64,000 nucleotides of DNA, taken from NCBI RefSeq assembly GCF_964213995.1, contig NC_135804.1, positions 93,558,001 to 93,622,000 on the forward strand, in the 5' to 3' direction. The notes beneath the pieces were generated by a model. The model searched no databases and was not told the DNA's origin. It worked only from the letters and a program-made list of their open reading frames with translations. Positions 25,131 through 37,654 of this stretch are shown here, piece after piece; position 1 is the stretch's first letter, and every line of letters starts with the position of its first letter. The position numbers and the translations under genes were made by a program. The DNA is from Mustelus asterias. Its lineage: Eukaryota.

Positions 25131-25480
25131 CAACCCAATATGTACATCAGCGATCACAGGATGCCCTTTGGTCTGTTATCCATGCCAATTGGGGAAAGCA
25201 GATTAGAAGCTTTCATTGATGATCTGGCTCATATGCAGCAGCCGTGCCTCCTTAATGGTTGCCTACATTTTCCATTCTCACTTACATCTCTGTTAATGCT
25301 CAAATAGAGCAACTGTAATGTGAAGTCAATGACTCCTACAGCCTCTCGATAAAATGCACAAAAAGACAAGGGCTCCAATCGCACCTTCTCCAGGAGTCTT
25401 CCTCTTTTCTCTCAGCTCTGACTCCATTTCAACGTTGTGACTCTACACAATTTGAGGGTGCCTCTGAAAGGGCCCTGACT

Positions 25481-25835
25481 GGGTGGCATGGTAGCACAGT
25501 AGTTAGCACTGCTGCTTCACAGCTCCAGGGACCTGGGTTCGATTCCCGGCTTGGGTCACTGTCAGTGTGGAGTTTGCACATTCTCCTCGTGTCTGCGTCG
25601 GTGCTCCGGGTGCTCCGGGTGCTCCGGTTTCCTCCCACAGTCCAAAGATGTGCGGGTTAGGTTGATTGGTCATGCTAAAAAATTGCCCCTTAGTGTCCTG
25701 GGATGCGTAGGTTAGAGGGATTAGCGGGTAAATATGTAGGGATAAGGGGGTGGGGCCTGGGTGGGATTGAGGTTGGTGCAGATTCGATGGGCCAAATGGC
25801 CTCTTTCTGCACTGTAGGTTTTCTAAGATTCTATG
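25481..25835 (+). mobile_element. Full-length HE1/V-SINE-like SINE
   Basis: tRNA head (GGTAGCACAGTAGTTAGC, GGGTTCGATTCC), V-like core, tail GATGGGCCAAATGGCCTC...TTCTATGA. Confidence 0.9.
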
Positions 25836-26193
25836 AGTGCAGCTCTGGGCTACTCCCACACTGACTCAGAACTTTCCCAGCTTTGATTTCAAACTGAGCA
25901 CAAATTTCAGGCTTTCAAGATGGTGACCAGCTTTGACCATCCTCTGTCAGTGTTCAGGTCCCTTCAATTCTGGTGTGCAAGTAGCACTCCCTCCACTTAT
26001 TCTCCAGCCTTCCCCTGTAATCCTGGATCCCACTGTAATTGTGGTCGATGTTCCAACCCATCCATCTGAACCCCTCACTGATATTCCCATACCCAATGTT
26101 GACCTTACCCTTCCCCATCATGAGGCTGTGTGCAACATAGCCCCATGCACCCCTCACCTCCCGACACACCCTACATGAGTCTCTGTGTAATCT

Positions 26194-28240
26194 GTCAAGG
26201 CAAGGCTGGCAGAAGTAGGGAACCCTGGATGACTCGGGATATTGAGGCCCTGGTCAAGAAGAAGAAGGAGGCACATGACATGCATAGACAGCTGGGATCA
26301 AGTGAATCCCTTGAAGAGTATAAGGGGTGTAGGAGTAGAGTTAAGAGAGAAATCAGGAGGGCAAAAAGGGGACACAAAATTGTTTTGGCAGATAGGGCAA
26401 AGGAGAATCCAAAGAGCTTCTACAAATACATAAAGGGCAAAAGAGTAACAAGGGAGAGAGTAGGGCCTCTTAAGGATCAACAAGGACATCTATGTGCGGA
26501 TCCACAAGAGATGGGTGAAATCCTAAATGAATATTTCTCATCAGTATTTACGATTGAGAAAAGCATGGATGTTAGGGGAAATAAATAGTGATGTCTTGAG
26601 GAGTGTACATATTACAGAGAAAGAGGTGCTGGAAGTCTTAAAGCGCATCAAGTAGAAAAATCCCCAAGACCTGATGACGTGTATCCCAGGACGTTGTGGG
26701 AGGCTAGGGAGGAAATTGCGGGTCCCCAAACAGAGATATTTGAATCATCGATAGCCACAGGTGAATTGCCTGATGATTGGAGGGTGGCAAATGTTGTGCC
26801 TTTGTTTAAAAAGGGCTGCAGGGAAGAGCCTGGGAACTATAGGCCAGTGAGCCTCACATCTGTGGTGGATAAGTTGTTGGAAGGTATTTTGAAAGACATT
26901 AAGAGGCATTTAGAGATGCAAGGACTGATTAGGGACAGTCAGCATGGCTTTGTGAGTGGAAAATCATGTCTCACAAATTTGATTAAGTTTTTTGAAGAGG
27001 TAACCAAGAAGGTAGATGAGGGCAGTGCAGTTGATGTTGCCTAGACGGACTTTAGCAAGGCCTTTGACAAGGTACCGCATGGTAGGTTTTTGCATAAGGT
27101 TAAATTTCACGTGATCCAGGGTGAGGTAGCTAAATGGATACAAAATTGGCTTGACGACAGAAGCCAATGTGGTTGGAGAGGGTTGTTTTTCAAACTGGAG
27201 ACCTGTGACCAGTGGTGTGCCTCAGGGATCAGTGCTGGGCCCACTGTTATTTGTCATTTATATTAATGATTTGGATGAGAATATTGGAGGCATGGTTAGT
27301 AAGTTTGCAGATGACGCCAAGATTAGTAGCATAGTGGACAGTGAAGAAGGTTATCTCAGACTGCAACGGGAACTTGATCAATTGGGCCAGTGGGCTGACG
27401 AATGGCCAATGGAGTTTAATTTAGATAAATGCGAAGTGATGCATTTTGGTAGATTGAACCAGGGCAGGACTTCCTTAGTTAATGGTAGGGCGTTGGGGAG
27501 AGTTACAGAGCAAAGAGATCTAGGGGTACAGGTTCATAGCTCCTTGAAAGTGGAGTCACAGGTGGACAGAGTGGTGAAGAAGACATTCAGCATGCTTGGT
27601 TTCATAGGTCAGAACATTGAATACAGGAGTTGGGACATCTTGTTGAAGTTGTACGAGACATTGGTAAGGCCACACTTGGAATACTGTGTACAGTTCTGGT
27701 CACCCTATTATAGAAAAGATGTTATTAAACTAGAAAGAGTGCAGAAAAGATTTACTAGAATGCTACTGGGACTTGATGGATTGAGTTAAAAGGAGAGGCC
27801 GGATAGACTGGGACTTTTTTCTCTGGAGCGTAGGAGGCTGAGGGGTGACCTCATAGAGGTCTATAAAATAATGAGGGGCACAGATCAGCTAGATAGTCAA
27901 TATCTTTTCCCAAAGGTAGGGGAGTCTAAAACTAGAGGGCATAGGTTTAAGGTGAGAGGGGAGAGATACAAAAGTGTCCAGAGGGGCAATTTTTTCACAC
28001 AGAGAGTGGTAAGTGTCTGGAACAAGCTGCCAGAGATAGTAGTAGAGGCGGGTACAATTTTGTCTTTTAAAAAGCATTTAGACAGTTACATGGGTAAGAT
28101 GGGTATAGAAGGATATGGACCAAATGTGGGCAACTGGGAGTAGCTTAGGGCTTTAAAAAAAAGGGGCGGCATGGACAAGTTAGGCCGAAGGACCTGTTCC
28201 CATCTGTTTCCATACTGGAAACCTCTATGACTATGACTCT
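26194..28240 (+). mobile_element. 5'-truncated CR1 LINE (RT domain to 3' UTR), frameshifted
   Basis: DWRVANVVPLFKKG..PGNYRPVSLTSVV, QHGFVSGKSCLTNL, SGVPQGSVLGPLLF, KFADD, RPHLEYCVQFWSP; (CTATGA)n tail. Confidence 0.95.
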
Positions 28241-28351
28241 ATGTGCTAACACAAGCCCATCCTTCATATTCTGGAGTCTGCATGCACCCTCTCCCACTCA
28301 CACAGTTTTATTCCCATTCACCCTCTTCTGTGTCTGTGTTCTAGTCTTCCA

Positions 28352-28665
28352 TGGCACAGCGGCTGACACTGCTGCCTCACAGTGCCAGGGACCCGAGTTC
28401 AATTCTGACCTCACGTGACTGTGTGAAGTTTGCATATTTTCCCTGTGTCTGCTTGGGTTTCCTCTGGATGTTCTGGTGTCCTCCCACACTCCAAAGATGT
28501 GCGGGTTAGGTTGATTGGTCATGATAAATTGCCCCTTAGTGTCAGGGGGATTAGCAGGGTAAATACGTGGGGTTATGGGGATGGGAGCTGGGTGGGATTG
28601 TTGTCGATGCAGACTTGATGAGCCGAATGGTCTCCTTCTGCACTGTAAGCATTCTATCAATCTAT
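28352..28665 (+). mobile_element. HE1/V-SINE-like SINE
   Basis: Collinear with 25481-25835. Confidence 0.85.
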
Positions 28666-29369
28666 GTCGGGCTCCAGCTTTCCCACCCTGAGACTCCCCT
28701 CTGCCTGCCATCCTCACCACATCCCAACCCCCACCCCTTTCCAACCCCACCACAGCTCATTGTCTCATTCTTCCTTCCCACCACTCCCCCACCAATCACC
28801 CCACATTAGCAGATTGCCTCTGTGCCTTCATGAAATTTTCTACACGAATGCTATAATGCGCTAAAAGTGTCATGTTATTCAGCAAAGAAATCGCATCAAC
28901 ACCTCACGTACTTCATGTCAAGCTGCGACTCTACACAGCCAGGTAGGGTTAAGTACGGGGATAATGACTGATCTGCCTGTGAAGACTAGGTGCTGTGGTT
29001 CCCTCTGCGTGCGCACTAACATTTCTTCATTATGACAGTTTACTCAATATTTTTTCTTTAATTTTATACACAGAAGAAGAATTATCCCCTTGAGCAGCTT
29101 TACATCTGAGAATAAATTAGTGTCAAATCTCACTAGACAACTTGTCCTCTTACAATTGTCTCTCAAGTTGAGAAAAGCACAAAGATTAACAAGTTCTCAA
29201 TGAGTTTTCTTTTGCTATTTTATTAACATTTTGGTTCTTTATGAGCAGGAGGTCACTATTAGATGATAAGGCAGTTTTGAGGGAATTTACAAAATGAATA
29301 GCACGCTTTGAGATTCCACAATGCACCTTTCCCTTTACAGTATATACCCTCTGCAAAATTCAAATTTCT

Positions 29370-29655
29370 AAAGTTTAAAGCTTATTAGTGTCACAAGTAG
29401 GCTTACAATAACACTGCAATGAAGTTACTGTGAAAATCCCCTAATCGCCACACTCGGGTGCCTGTTCGGGTTCACTGAGAGAGAATTTAGCCTGGCCAAT
29501 GCACCTAATCAGCATGTCTTTAGGACTGTGGGAGGAAACCGGCGCACCCGGAGGAAACCCACGCAGACACGGGGAGGACGTGTAGACTCTGCAAAGACAG
29601 TCACCCAAGCCAGGAATCAGACCCAGGTCTCTGACACTGTGAGGCAGCAGGGCTA
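29370..29655 (-). mobile_element. V-SINE-like SINE (TAAACTTT-tail subfamily)
   Basis: Reverse complement of the 52244-52552 copy. Confidence 0.85.
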
Positions 29656-29689
29656 GCCTCACAAAGCTGTCTTTTGCCATTGACTCATT

Positions 29690-29834
29690 GGGCGGGATTT
29701 TACAACCCCGCTTGTTCCGAAACTGTAAGATCCCTCCAAGGTCAACAGACCATCCCATTGTCCACCCCTCGCCTACTCCGATTCCCGTTACCTGCTCTGT
29801 TCCCCATGGCAGGCGAGGCAGTAACTTTCCGGCC
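29690..29834. mobile_element. Small Harbinger-type MITE (145 bp)
   Basis: Ends GGGCGGGATTTT / TTTCCGGCC; 3-bp TSD ATT; related copy at 39157-39292. Confidence 0.7.
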
Positions 29835-31789
29835 ATTATATTAGTCTGTACGTCTGCGCTCTCATTTCTTGCGTAATGTCAATCAGCAGCATGTCTGATT
29901 TTTAATGATTCCATTTTAAGAGTTTTGTTTCTCATTAAAATAATCAGATTCATGATCAGCAACAGCATGCCCAGGTTTGTGTTACAGATGGTGAAATCGG
30001 GAGCTGTTTTTAGTCCATAACCGATATGTGTTGTACAAAAACTTGGCAGCTTGTTAGCAAGGGATGACCATAAAATCAGTCCTAAGCTACTGTTGGCAAC
30101 TTTGAAATGCTTTCTTAAAGTGAGTAATGTTGTTATAACAATTACAAATGCTGTTACTTGTTCTGTCAACTTGGAACGGCCTTTATCAATATTACAATAT
30201 TTACATCTTTCTTTTCCTATTAATTTCCTTGCCAAACCATCCTTTCTCCCCAACTCCTTGTTATGGTGCTATTCCACTTATCAACAATGAGCCATCTGCA
30301 AAAAAGTGTCCATTTTTTTGCAGACAGCTAGGCTGTGATTTTGCGACTGCGCCGTGCTCGGTGCAGAACTCATTTGAATGGAATGGGGCCAGAAAATCAC
30401 GAACAAGTGATTTAGTGCGTTCTGTGCTGGCACCAAACCTCGTTAGTATTTTCCCACCGACTGCTCCCAGTACGTAATCTGGTTCCCCTCCAGTAAGATC
30501 AAGAACCAGAGCAGCAAAGTTAAATGAGCATTTAAATATGCAGGGCATGATCTTATAACCTGTCCCACCTGTTGTTCGGCAAGGCAAAGCAGAACGATCA
30601 GGCGAGGGGCAAAAAAATCAGAAACGTGGCTGGTTTCACACCTCCCCTGATCGTCCTGGCCCCGCTTTGCCGGCAAAATCAACTTTGCACCCAGAAAGGC
30701 TATGGGGCAAGTGGGGGGAGACCCCGGCACAGGGAATGATCAGCTGTGGGGGGGTGGGGGTGGGGGGGGGGGGGGGGGGGTGCAAAGCCGGCATATGGCG
30801 GGGTCGGTGGCCCCAATGTCCATGGGCTGGGTGGGAGCGATGGCAGGAGATCTCCCAGTGCACTGGGAGATCAGGGTGCCTGCGCAATGACACTCAGCAG
30901 CTGGCTTCACCACTCCTCCCCCCCCCCTCCCCCTCCCCCCACATACTGGCAGTGACCTCAGCAGGGCACTGCCAATGTCAGAGATGGATGAGGCACTCTG
31001 CTACCTGCCCATATCTAAGGTAAGCAGGAAGGTACAACCCAACCCTATGTTGGCAGGTGAGCTGCAGCTCGTATCCAGAGTCAGCCCTCTGCCAGTGACT
31101 GTCACATCTGATGAGACCATGATGATTGAGGAGTGCCCAGCCTTGGCACTGGATTCTCCCACCCAGACAGGGTCCACACATGCTCCAGCCACTAGGGGGC
31201 AGTCGCCAGGATCATCAATGCTGACATGACATCAAGAGTCAGCAGCCTGCCACCAAAACAGCTGCCAGCGGTGAGGGCTGGTAGGGTGGGAGTGCGGGGA
31301 GAAGGGAGTGCACCAAAATTTAGAACTCCCAAGTGAAAATTTAAGTCACAATGATAACAGGGTCTCACAAGTGTATCATATTTCCTTGGCAGGTGTGCAC
31401 TGGTTCATTTGTATCTTTTCCTTCTTATAAAAATGTTACATTATGTACAACGGCCGAGTGTGCTTTGTGCAACTGACAGGGAAGAGACCTGTCACACTGC
31501 AATGTTTATTTTTGAGATCAGGACTTGATTGAAGGGTGACAGGAGAGCCTCATCAGCAACATTCAGTAAGGTTAAATTTCCCTTGTCATCACCTTGACTC
31601 CTTGCTTAGGATTCCTAATTGAAAGTCCTCTGAATCAGGGCATCCCTGGTCTCCCTGCAAGCCAATGAGCATTCTCACATTGGGCTATTGCTCTTCACAC
31701 TAGGCTCCTCAGGTTCTTCCTCAGACTCAGCATTTGAATCATCCTCTGTGTCCTGTCGAGCAGGATTAATGTCTTCATCATCCAATGGG

Positions 31790-33210
31790 CCCTTGACAGA
31801 GTAAGATTGTATGTGTCATATACAGTGGACAACAACAAGGGAAAAAGTGCTCAGGAGGATATTGAAGCGATCCCCCTGAGCAGTCCAGGCAGTGAAACCT
31901 CATTCTAAGTAGGCATATGGTCCTCTCAATTGTGGAGGCATGACTGCAGTTGTAGATCTTGATGTGGAGATGCCGGCGTTGGACTGGGGTAAACACAGTA
32001 AGAAGTTTAACAACACCAGGTTAAAGTCCAACAGGTTTATTTGGTAGCAAAAGCCACACAAGCTTTCGAAGCTCTAAGCCCCTTCTTCAGGTGAGTGGGA
32101 ATTCTGTTCACAAACAGAGTTTATAAAGACACAGACTCAATTTACATGAATAATGGTTGGAATGCGAATACTTACAACTAATCAAGTCTTTAAGAAACAA
32201 AACAATGGGAGTGGAGAGAGCATCAAGACAGGCTAAAAAGATGTGTATTGTCTCCAGACAAGACAGCCAGTGAAACTCTGCAGGTCCACGCAACTGTGGG
32301 CGTTACAAATAGTGTGACATGAACCCAATATCCCGGTTGAGGCCGTCCGCGTGTGTGCGGAACTTGGCTATCAGTTTCTGCTCAGCGACTCTGCGCTGTC
32401 GTGTGTCGCAAAGGCCGCCTTGGAGAACGCTTACCCGAATATCAGAGGCCGAATGCCCGTGATATTTCGCTGAGCAGAAACTGATAGCCAAGTTCCGCAC
32501 ACACGCGGACGGCCTCAACCGGGATATTGGGTTCATGTCACACTATTTGTAACGCCCACAGTTGCGTGGACCTGCAGAGTTTCACTGGCTGTCTTGTCTG
32601 GAGACAATACACATCTTTTTAGCCTGTCTTGATGCTCTCTCCACTCCCATTGTTTTGTTTCTTAAAGACTTGATTAGTTGTAAGTATTCGCATTCCAACC
32701 ATTATTCATGTAAATTGAGTCTGTGTCTTTATAAACTCTGTTTGTGAACAGAATTCCCACTCACCTGAAGAAGGGGCTTAGAGCTTCGAAAGCTTGTGTG
32801 GCTTTTGCTACCAAATAAACCTGTTGGACTTTAACCTGGTGTTGTTAAACTTCTTACTGTTGTAGATCTTCCCAGCTGCAGTCTTGGGTCTCTCAGTGGT
32901 GTCATCAGCCACCTTTTCAGTGGATAACCTTTGCCCCCAAGGAGTCAGCCACCCAAGTGAACTGGAGCAGTGAAGAACCAGGGACCAGGGAATGAAGAAG
33001 GATGTAGGCATCATAGCAGCTTATATAAACCTGGCACAAGCCTGCATTATCTGACACTTGTAGTCACACAATCTGGACATCGTAAACAGAAAGGGCCTCC
33101 ACTTTCTCACATGCATGCAGTCAATGGCTCTTTGGATGCAGAGAAATCCTGTAATTGCAGTGAAGCCTCTGACTCACTCTGCCTGGTTAGCTTCATTCGT
33201 CCTGAAGCTA
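31790..33210 (-). pseudogene. Harbinger DDE transposase remnant interrupted by a PLE palindrome
   Basis: GFLCIQRAIDCMHV, VQIVCDYKCQIMQACAR, LGGKGYPLKRWLMTPLRDP and, after the insertion, YNCSHASTIERTICLLRMRFHCLDCSGGSLQYPPE: HARBI1-like motifs with frameshifts. Confidence 0.85.
31961..32860. mobile_element. 5'-truncated PLE (family A) with inverted duplication: 394-bp arms, 78-bp spacer, 34-nt tail
   Basis: Arms 31995-32388 / 32467-32860; GIY-YIG C-terminus HSASDIRVSVLQGGLCDTRQRRVAEQKLIAKFRTHADGLNRDIGFMSHYL; HHR motifs 32057-32093(-) and 32762-32798(+); TSD GTTGTAGATCTT (31949-31960, 32859-32870). Confidence 0.93.
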
Positions 33211-33934
33211 CTGACCCATGAACACTGCCTGTACGCTCTACCTGTTGTGTAATGGTGCCTTCTCCAGACCATTCAGCCTTGCACTTCCTGCTGGCCCTGC
33301 ATCCCTTTAGGCTCCTCTTCTCGTTCCATTGGTCTGATTCTGGGACACTGCCTGTGGGCAACTCTCCCTTCTGGCTTCTCCTCCTCTTCTGAGGAGATCC
33401 CTTCAGCAGAATACACAATCCACATTTTTGTGCAGATGGTTGCACAAGTTCCTGGATTGAAGGGACCGCTTGACAGGAAGCCTCTGCAAACGCTGAAAAA
33501 TCAGGGAGTCCTCCAGAACACCCAAAAAAGTGCCAGATACCATCTGTAAACCAATTCCAAACAACTCACAGCAGAACTGCTAACTACTCACCTTACCAAT
33601 ATCCTGGGCATCTTTTATCCCAGCTTGGGTACAGAGGGCATGAAAAACATGAAGGCCGAGTGGCCCTTGCGTCGAGTGTAAATATAAATGGGCCACTCAA
33701 AATTGCTGACAATTGCTCCTTAAATGGGTTTAACTGGCCCTTTGGCTGCTGGCCGGCACAGTTTCGATATTCAAGCATGCCTGCCAACTGAGATATCGTT
33801 AGCCTGCACAAAGGAATCAGGACCTCCTCCTGACATCATCGCGCCCCATTGCGCACTTGCTCATATCAGCTGTGGCCCGCTTCGCGAGCGCAAAATCCTG
33901 GCCATGGATTCTGGATAGTGAAGGAAAGTTATTC

Positions 33935-35067
33935 GGCCCCGATTCTCCCGTCCTGATGCGCACGTTCTTTGGCGTGTCGGCCATTTCGCGGGATTCGAGC
34001 ACGCGTTCCTGACGCATGCGCATCTCCCACAGCCAGAGAGCAGGCACAGTCATGCTGGAAACCAGCAGGAAAATGGGTAAGTGATTTAAATCTGTTTTTA
34101 ATGTGTCTTAAGTATGATTATCGGGCCCGGCATGGAATTCTCTGGGCCCGATAGCATCTCCCACCTCGCCAGGAGTATTTCACTCCGGCGAGGTTTAGAG
34201 TAGCTACCTCCTTGCGGGGAACTAGCGGGAGACCCCGCCGGAGTGAAGGGGGCAATTGGGACCCCCCAGGTGGTCGGGTGGCGGGGGGCGGTGTCCCCGG
34301 GCATGGGCACAGTGGCAGTGCCAGCCTGTGCCCTCTGGCCCTTGCCCAGGGGGCACCTTGGCACTGCCCAATGCCTGGTGGGCAGTGCCAAGGGGGCAGG
34401 GCCTAGAGGGAGGGGCCTAGAGATGGAACCTGGGGTGGGGCCTGGGGTGAGGCCAATGGGGTGGGGCCTTTTGCAGGTGGGGCCAAGGGGTGATCAGTGG
34501 GGGTGGGGGATCCAGCTGCCACTCTGCAGCTAGTAAGCGATCGGGGTGAGCTGGGGGAGGGGGGTTGGTCTGCCTCCCAAGGGGGTTTGCTCTGCCTCCC
34601 GTGGGGGGGTTCTGCCTCCTGGGCGGGCAGGTGGGTCAGTGGGGGGGATCTGCTGGGGGGGGGGGTATCATCACTGCTGGGGGGAGAGGGTGGGCTGGAG
34701 ATTGAGGTGCTCCGGGACAGGGGGGTTGGGGTTGGCCTGGGAATGCTGTGCGGGCCGCAATTGGGCCGTGGGGGGGAGGGGGGAGGGTCGGGGGCGTGGC
34801 AGCACTGTGAAGGTCCCGGGCTGGCCAGCGATCGAGCTGGCCAGAAAACTGCAGTCTGCGCATGCGCAGAGTTCCGGAACTGTCAGACTCTGGGGTGAAT
34901 ACGCCCCGCATCCCGAGCTTTTAATGATATTCCCGATTGTGACCTCTGCAGTGCACAGAGTGTGGGAGATTTGAGTCTGAACTCCCACTGAAAAAACAAT
35001 CGTGATTTACACCATTTTTCTTGCCAATTCAGCACTTAGAATTTTCTTGGGGGGGAGAATCGGGTCC
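33935..35067. mobile_element. Non-autonomous Harbinger-type element
   Basis: TIRs GGCCCCGATTCTCCC / GGGAGAATCGGGTCC (14/15); flanks TTC/ATC; subterminal TGCGCATGCGCAG and CAGCACTTAGAAT shared with 263-1725. Confidence 0.8.
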
Positions 35068-35107
35068 ATCTCATTGTTCACTAATTTTAACAAAAGAAAT
35101 CATCAAG

Positions 35108-35606
35108 TCATAGAATCCCTACAGTGCAGAAGGAGGCCATTTGGCCCATTGAGTCTGCACTGACCCCAATCCCACCTAGGCCCTATTCCCATGACCCTAC
35201 ATATTAATTACCCCTGCCAATCCCCGACACTAAGGGGCAATTTATCATGACCAATCCACCTAACCCGCACATCTTTGGACTGTGGGAGGAAACCGGAGCA
35301 CCCGAAGGAAACCCACACAGGCACAGGGAGACCTGAGGCTGGAGTTTCCCCTATTTTATCCCACCTTGCCTTACTTTTTCTCCCCCTTTGCTTCCCCTTT
35401 CCCCCTTTTTCTCAATTTTACCTCTGTCCCACCCATTTCCCCCATCCCCTCCGAACCTTCATCTGTCACAGCTTACCCTCTGATTTCAACTTCTCTGGCA
35501 TTTGGCCATTCACATCCTTTATTCTCTCTGTGGCCTGCTATTAGCAGTCCCTGGATCCCTGGTGCTGTGAGACAGCAGTGCTAACCACTGTGCCACCGTG
35601 CTGCCC
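35108..35606 (-). mobile_element. HE1/V-SINE-like SINE containing a 203-bp foreign insertion (35345-35547)
   Basis: SINE tail/body 35108-35344 and head 35548-35606 flank a PLE 3'UTR segment. Confidence 0.85.
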
Positions 35607-36242
35607 CAGAGACAATAGAGACAATTATAGTCCGGGCATCTTTACAAAGGCCAATTAAGTCAACACAGATCAGGGATCAAGTTTGAGACATAGCTGCTTA
35701 ATGCCTAAACCAGACACCTTGGGAGCGGACCTCCACTTTTCTCACACATTTCATCAGATTGACCCTGTAATTTTTGATTCAGTTGGGATCTGCGGATGCT
35801 TATAGCTTTGTTACAACCTTCAGAGTTTTAAAATTCAATCTTGGCATCATCTCACTCTACTTCCTGATTTATGCTTTGAATTTTCAAAAATAATTATTCT
35901 CTTCTGTAAAATTTTGAAAGCCAATTTTATTCAGGTCCACAAAAGGAAAGGTTCATCTTTAAGAAAAAAAGTCATTTGATAAATCTATATTTTATTCCAT
36001 TTAGTCCAGGGAATTTGAAATGCATCAGTTTAATTTCCTCTTGTAACGTTCTGCTTAACCATTCACATTTCAGCTGAACAAACACCTTCAAACAGGGGGA
36101 TTTCATTCATTCAGCTGTGCATTATAAGAGAAAATTAAATCCAACAGAGAGATAATCTCTTCTCTCATATGAAAAGTTCACGCCCCACAAAGTAAAATAC
36201 ATTCCCCCGTCCCAGCTATTAGACCATTTAAAAAAATCATTA

Positions 36243-36880
36243 GCCCACTTGTCTGTCCTTGGCCTGCTACAATATTCCAGTGATGCTCAACGCAAACTGG
36301 AGGACCAGCATCTCATCTTCTGGCTCGGCACGTTACAGCCTTCCAGTCTCAACATCGAATTCAACAACTTCAGATGATTAGCCCTACTCCACTCAAACCC
36401 CTTTGTTTTCATTTTATTTAATTTTGAACTGTTCTGTACCTTTTATTTCTTTATTGTCTTTCTTTATTTTCCTTTTTCTCCCTTGCCACTCTTTCCCCTA
36501 TTTTATCCCACCTTGCCTTACTTTTTCTCCCCCTTTGCTTCCCCTTTCCCCTTTTTCTCAATTTTACCTCTCTCCCACCCATCTCCCCCATCCCCTCCGA
36601 ACCTTCATCTGTCACAGATTACCCTCTGATTTCAACTTCTCTGCCGTTTGGCCATTCACATCCTTTATTCTCTCTGTGGACTGCTATTAGCAGCCTTTCC
36701 CCTTGTTTTTGTGGCTATGACTCATCCTTAATTCCCTCACCCTGCAGTATAAATATCTCCCACTTTCTGTGCCTTTAAGCTTTGACAAAGGGTCATCTGG
36801 ACTCAAAACATCAGCTCTTTTCTGTCCTTACAGATGCTGCCAGACCCGCTGAGATTTTCCAGCATTTTCTCTTTTGGTTT
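36243..36880 (+). mobile_element. 5'-truncated PLE (family B): GIY-YIG C-terminus, 3'UTR and pLTR
   Basis: 36243-36377 encodes AHLSVLGLLQYSSDAQRKLEDQHLIFWLGTLQPSSLNIEFNNFR*; decayed HHR at 36778-36816; ends at TTTTGGTTT without the tail. Confidence 0.85.
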
Positions 36881-37654
36881 ATAAATCAGATTAATTGTTG
36901 TATTCAAACAACGAGTATAATCAAATTAAATATGATGGCAAATATGGCGACAAAGTATCATACACTCACTTGCTTTCGAGCATCTTGGGACTCCACTAAA
37001 TACTCACCGATATAGGAAATTTTCTGAAGCTGTTTCTAAATCTCATTAATAGGTAAAGCATCCTTTCCGTAACATTTAATTTGTAACAATGCTGAAATAC
37101 AACTACGTCTGATGTAACTGCTGTATAACTCTCTAATTAACACAGCATGTTTAGTTACAGAATAAAACTATCCCATCAAATTTATCAAACTCAAGAAATT
37201 CTCCTGATAGTTTTCTATTTCTATAGCAGCCATTTATTTTGTAAGCAAGATTGCCAATTTAGCAATCTATTATAGGCAGTTTTGTTGTGCGCATTCATAC
37301 CTTAAAACACATTTCAAATTATCCTTAAAAACACATTTCAAATTATCCTATCAGTCTGGGTTGGACTTGAGATGAAAGACTGGTGATGAATCCACTTAGC
37401 CCAGTATCTACTGCAGCAACCATGCAAAATAGCTCTCCGAGACTACTTCTTTATGATAGTACATTATTATTCAGTATTGTACATTTTCCTTCCTAGGGAT
37501 CATTTATCTACATCTCTTGATCTGCAAGACAACTACAAGGTTGAAATTTTTTGGTCTTTGCTTCCATTTTCAAGATGTATATAGAATCATAGGATCCATA
37601 GAGTGCAGAACCAGGCCATTCAGCCCATCAAGCCTGCACAGACAACAATCCCAA

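Larger units (their letters stand above)
30331..33903. mobile_element. Degenerate PIF/Harbinger element
   Basis: Imperfect TIRs GGCTGTGATTTTGCG / CGCAAAATCCTGGCC (12/15) enclose a transposase remnant; TSD not clean. Confidence 0.6.

Noticed and set aside
25481-25560. tRNA-like A/B boxes
   Set aside because: These are SINE heads continuing into SINE body, not tRNA genes.
37300-37349. 23-bp tandem duplication (also ~24 bp at 49331-49383)
   Set aside because: Ordinary slippage duplications with no further structure.
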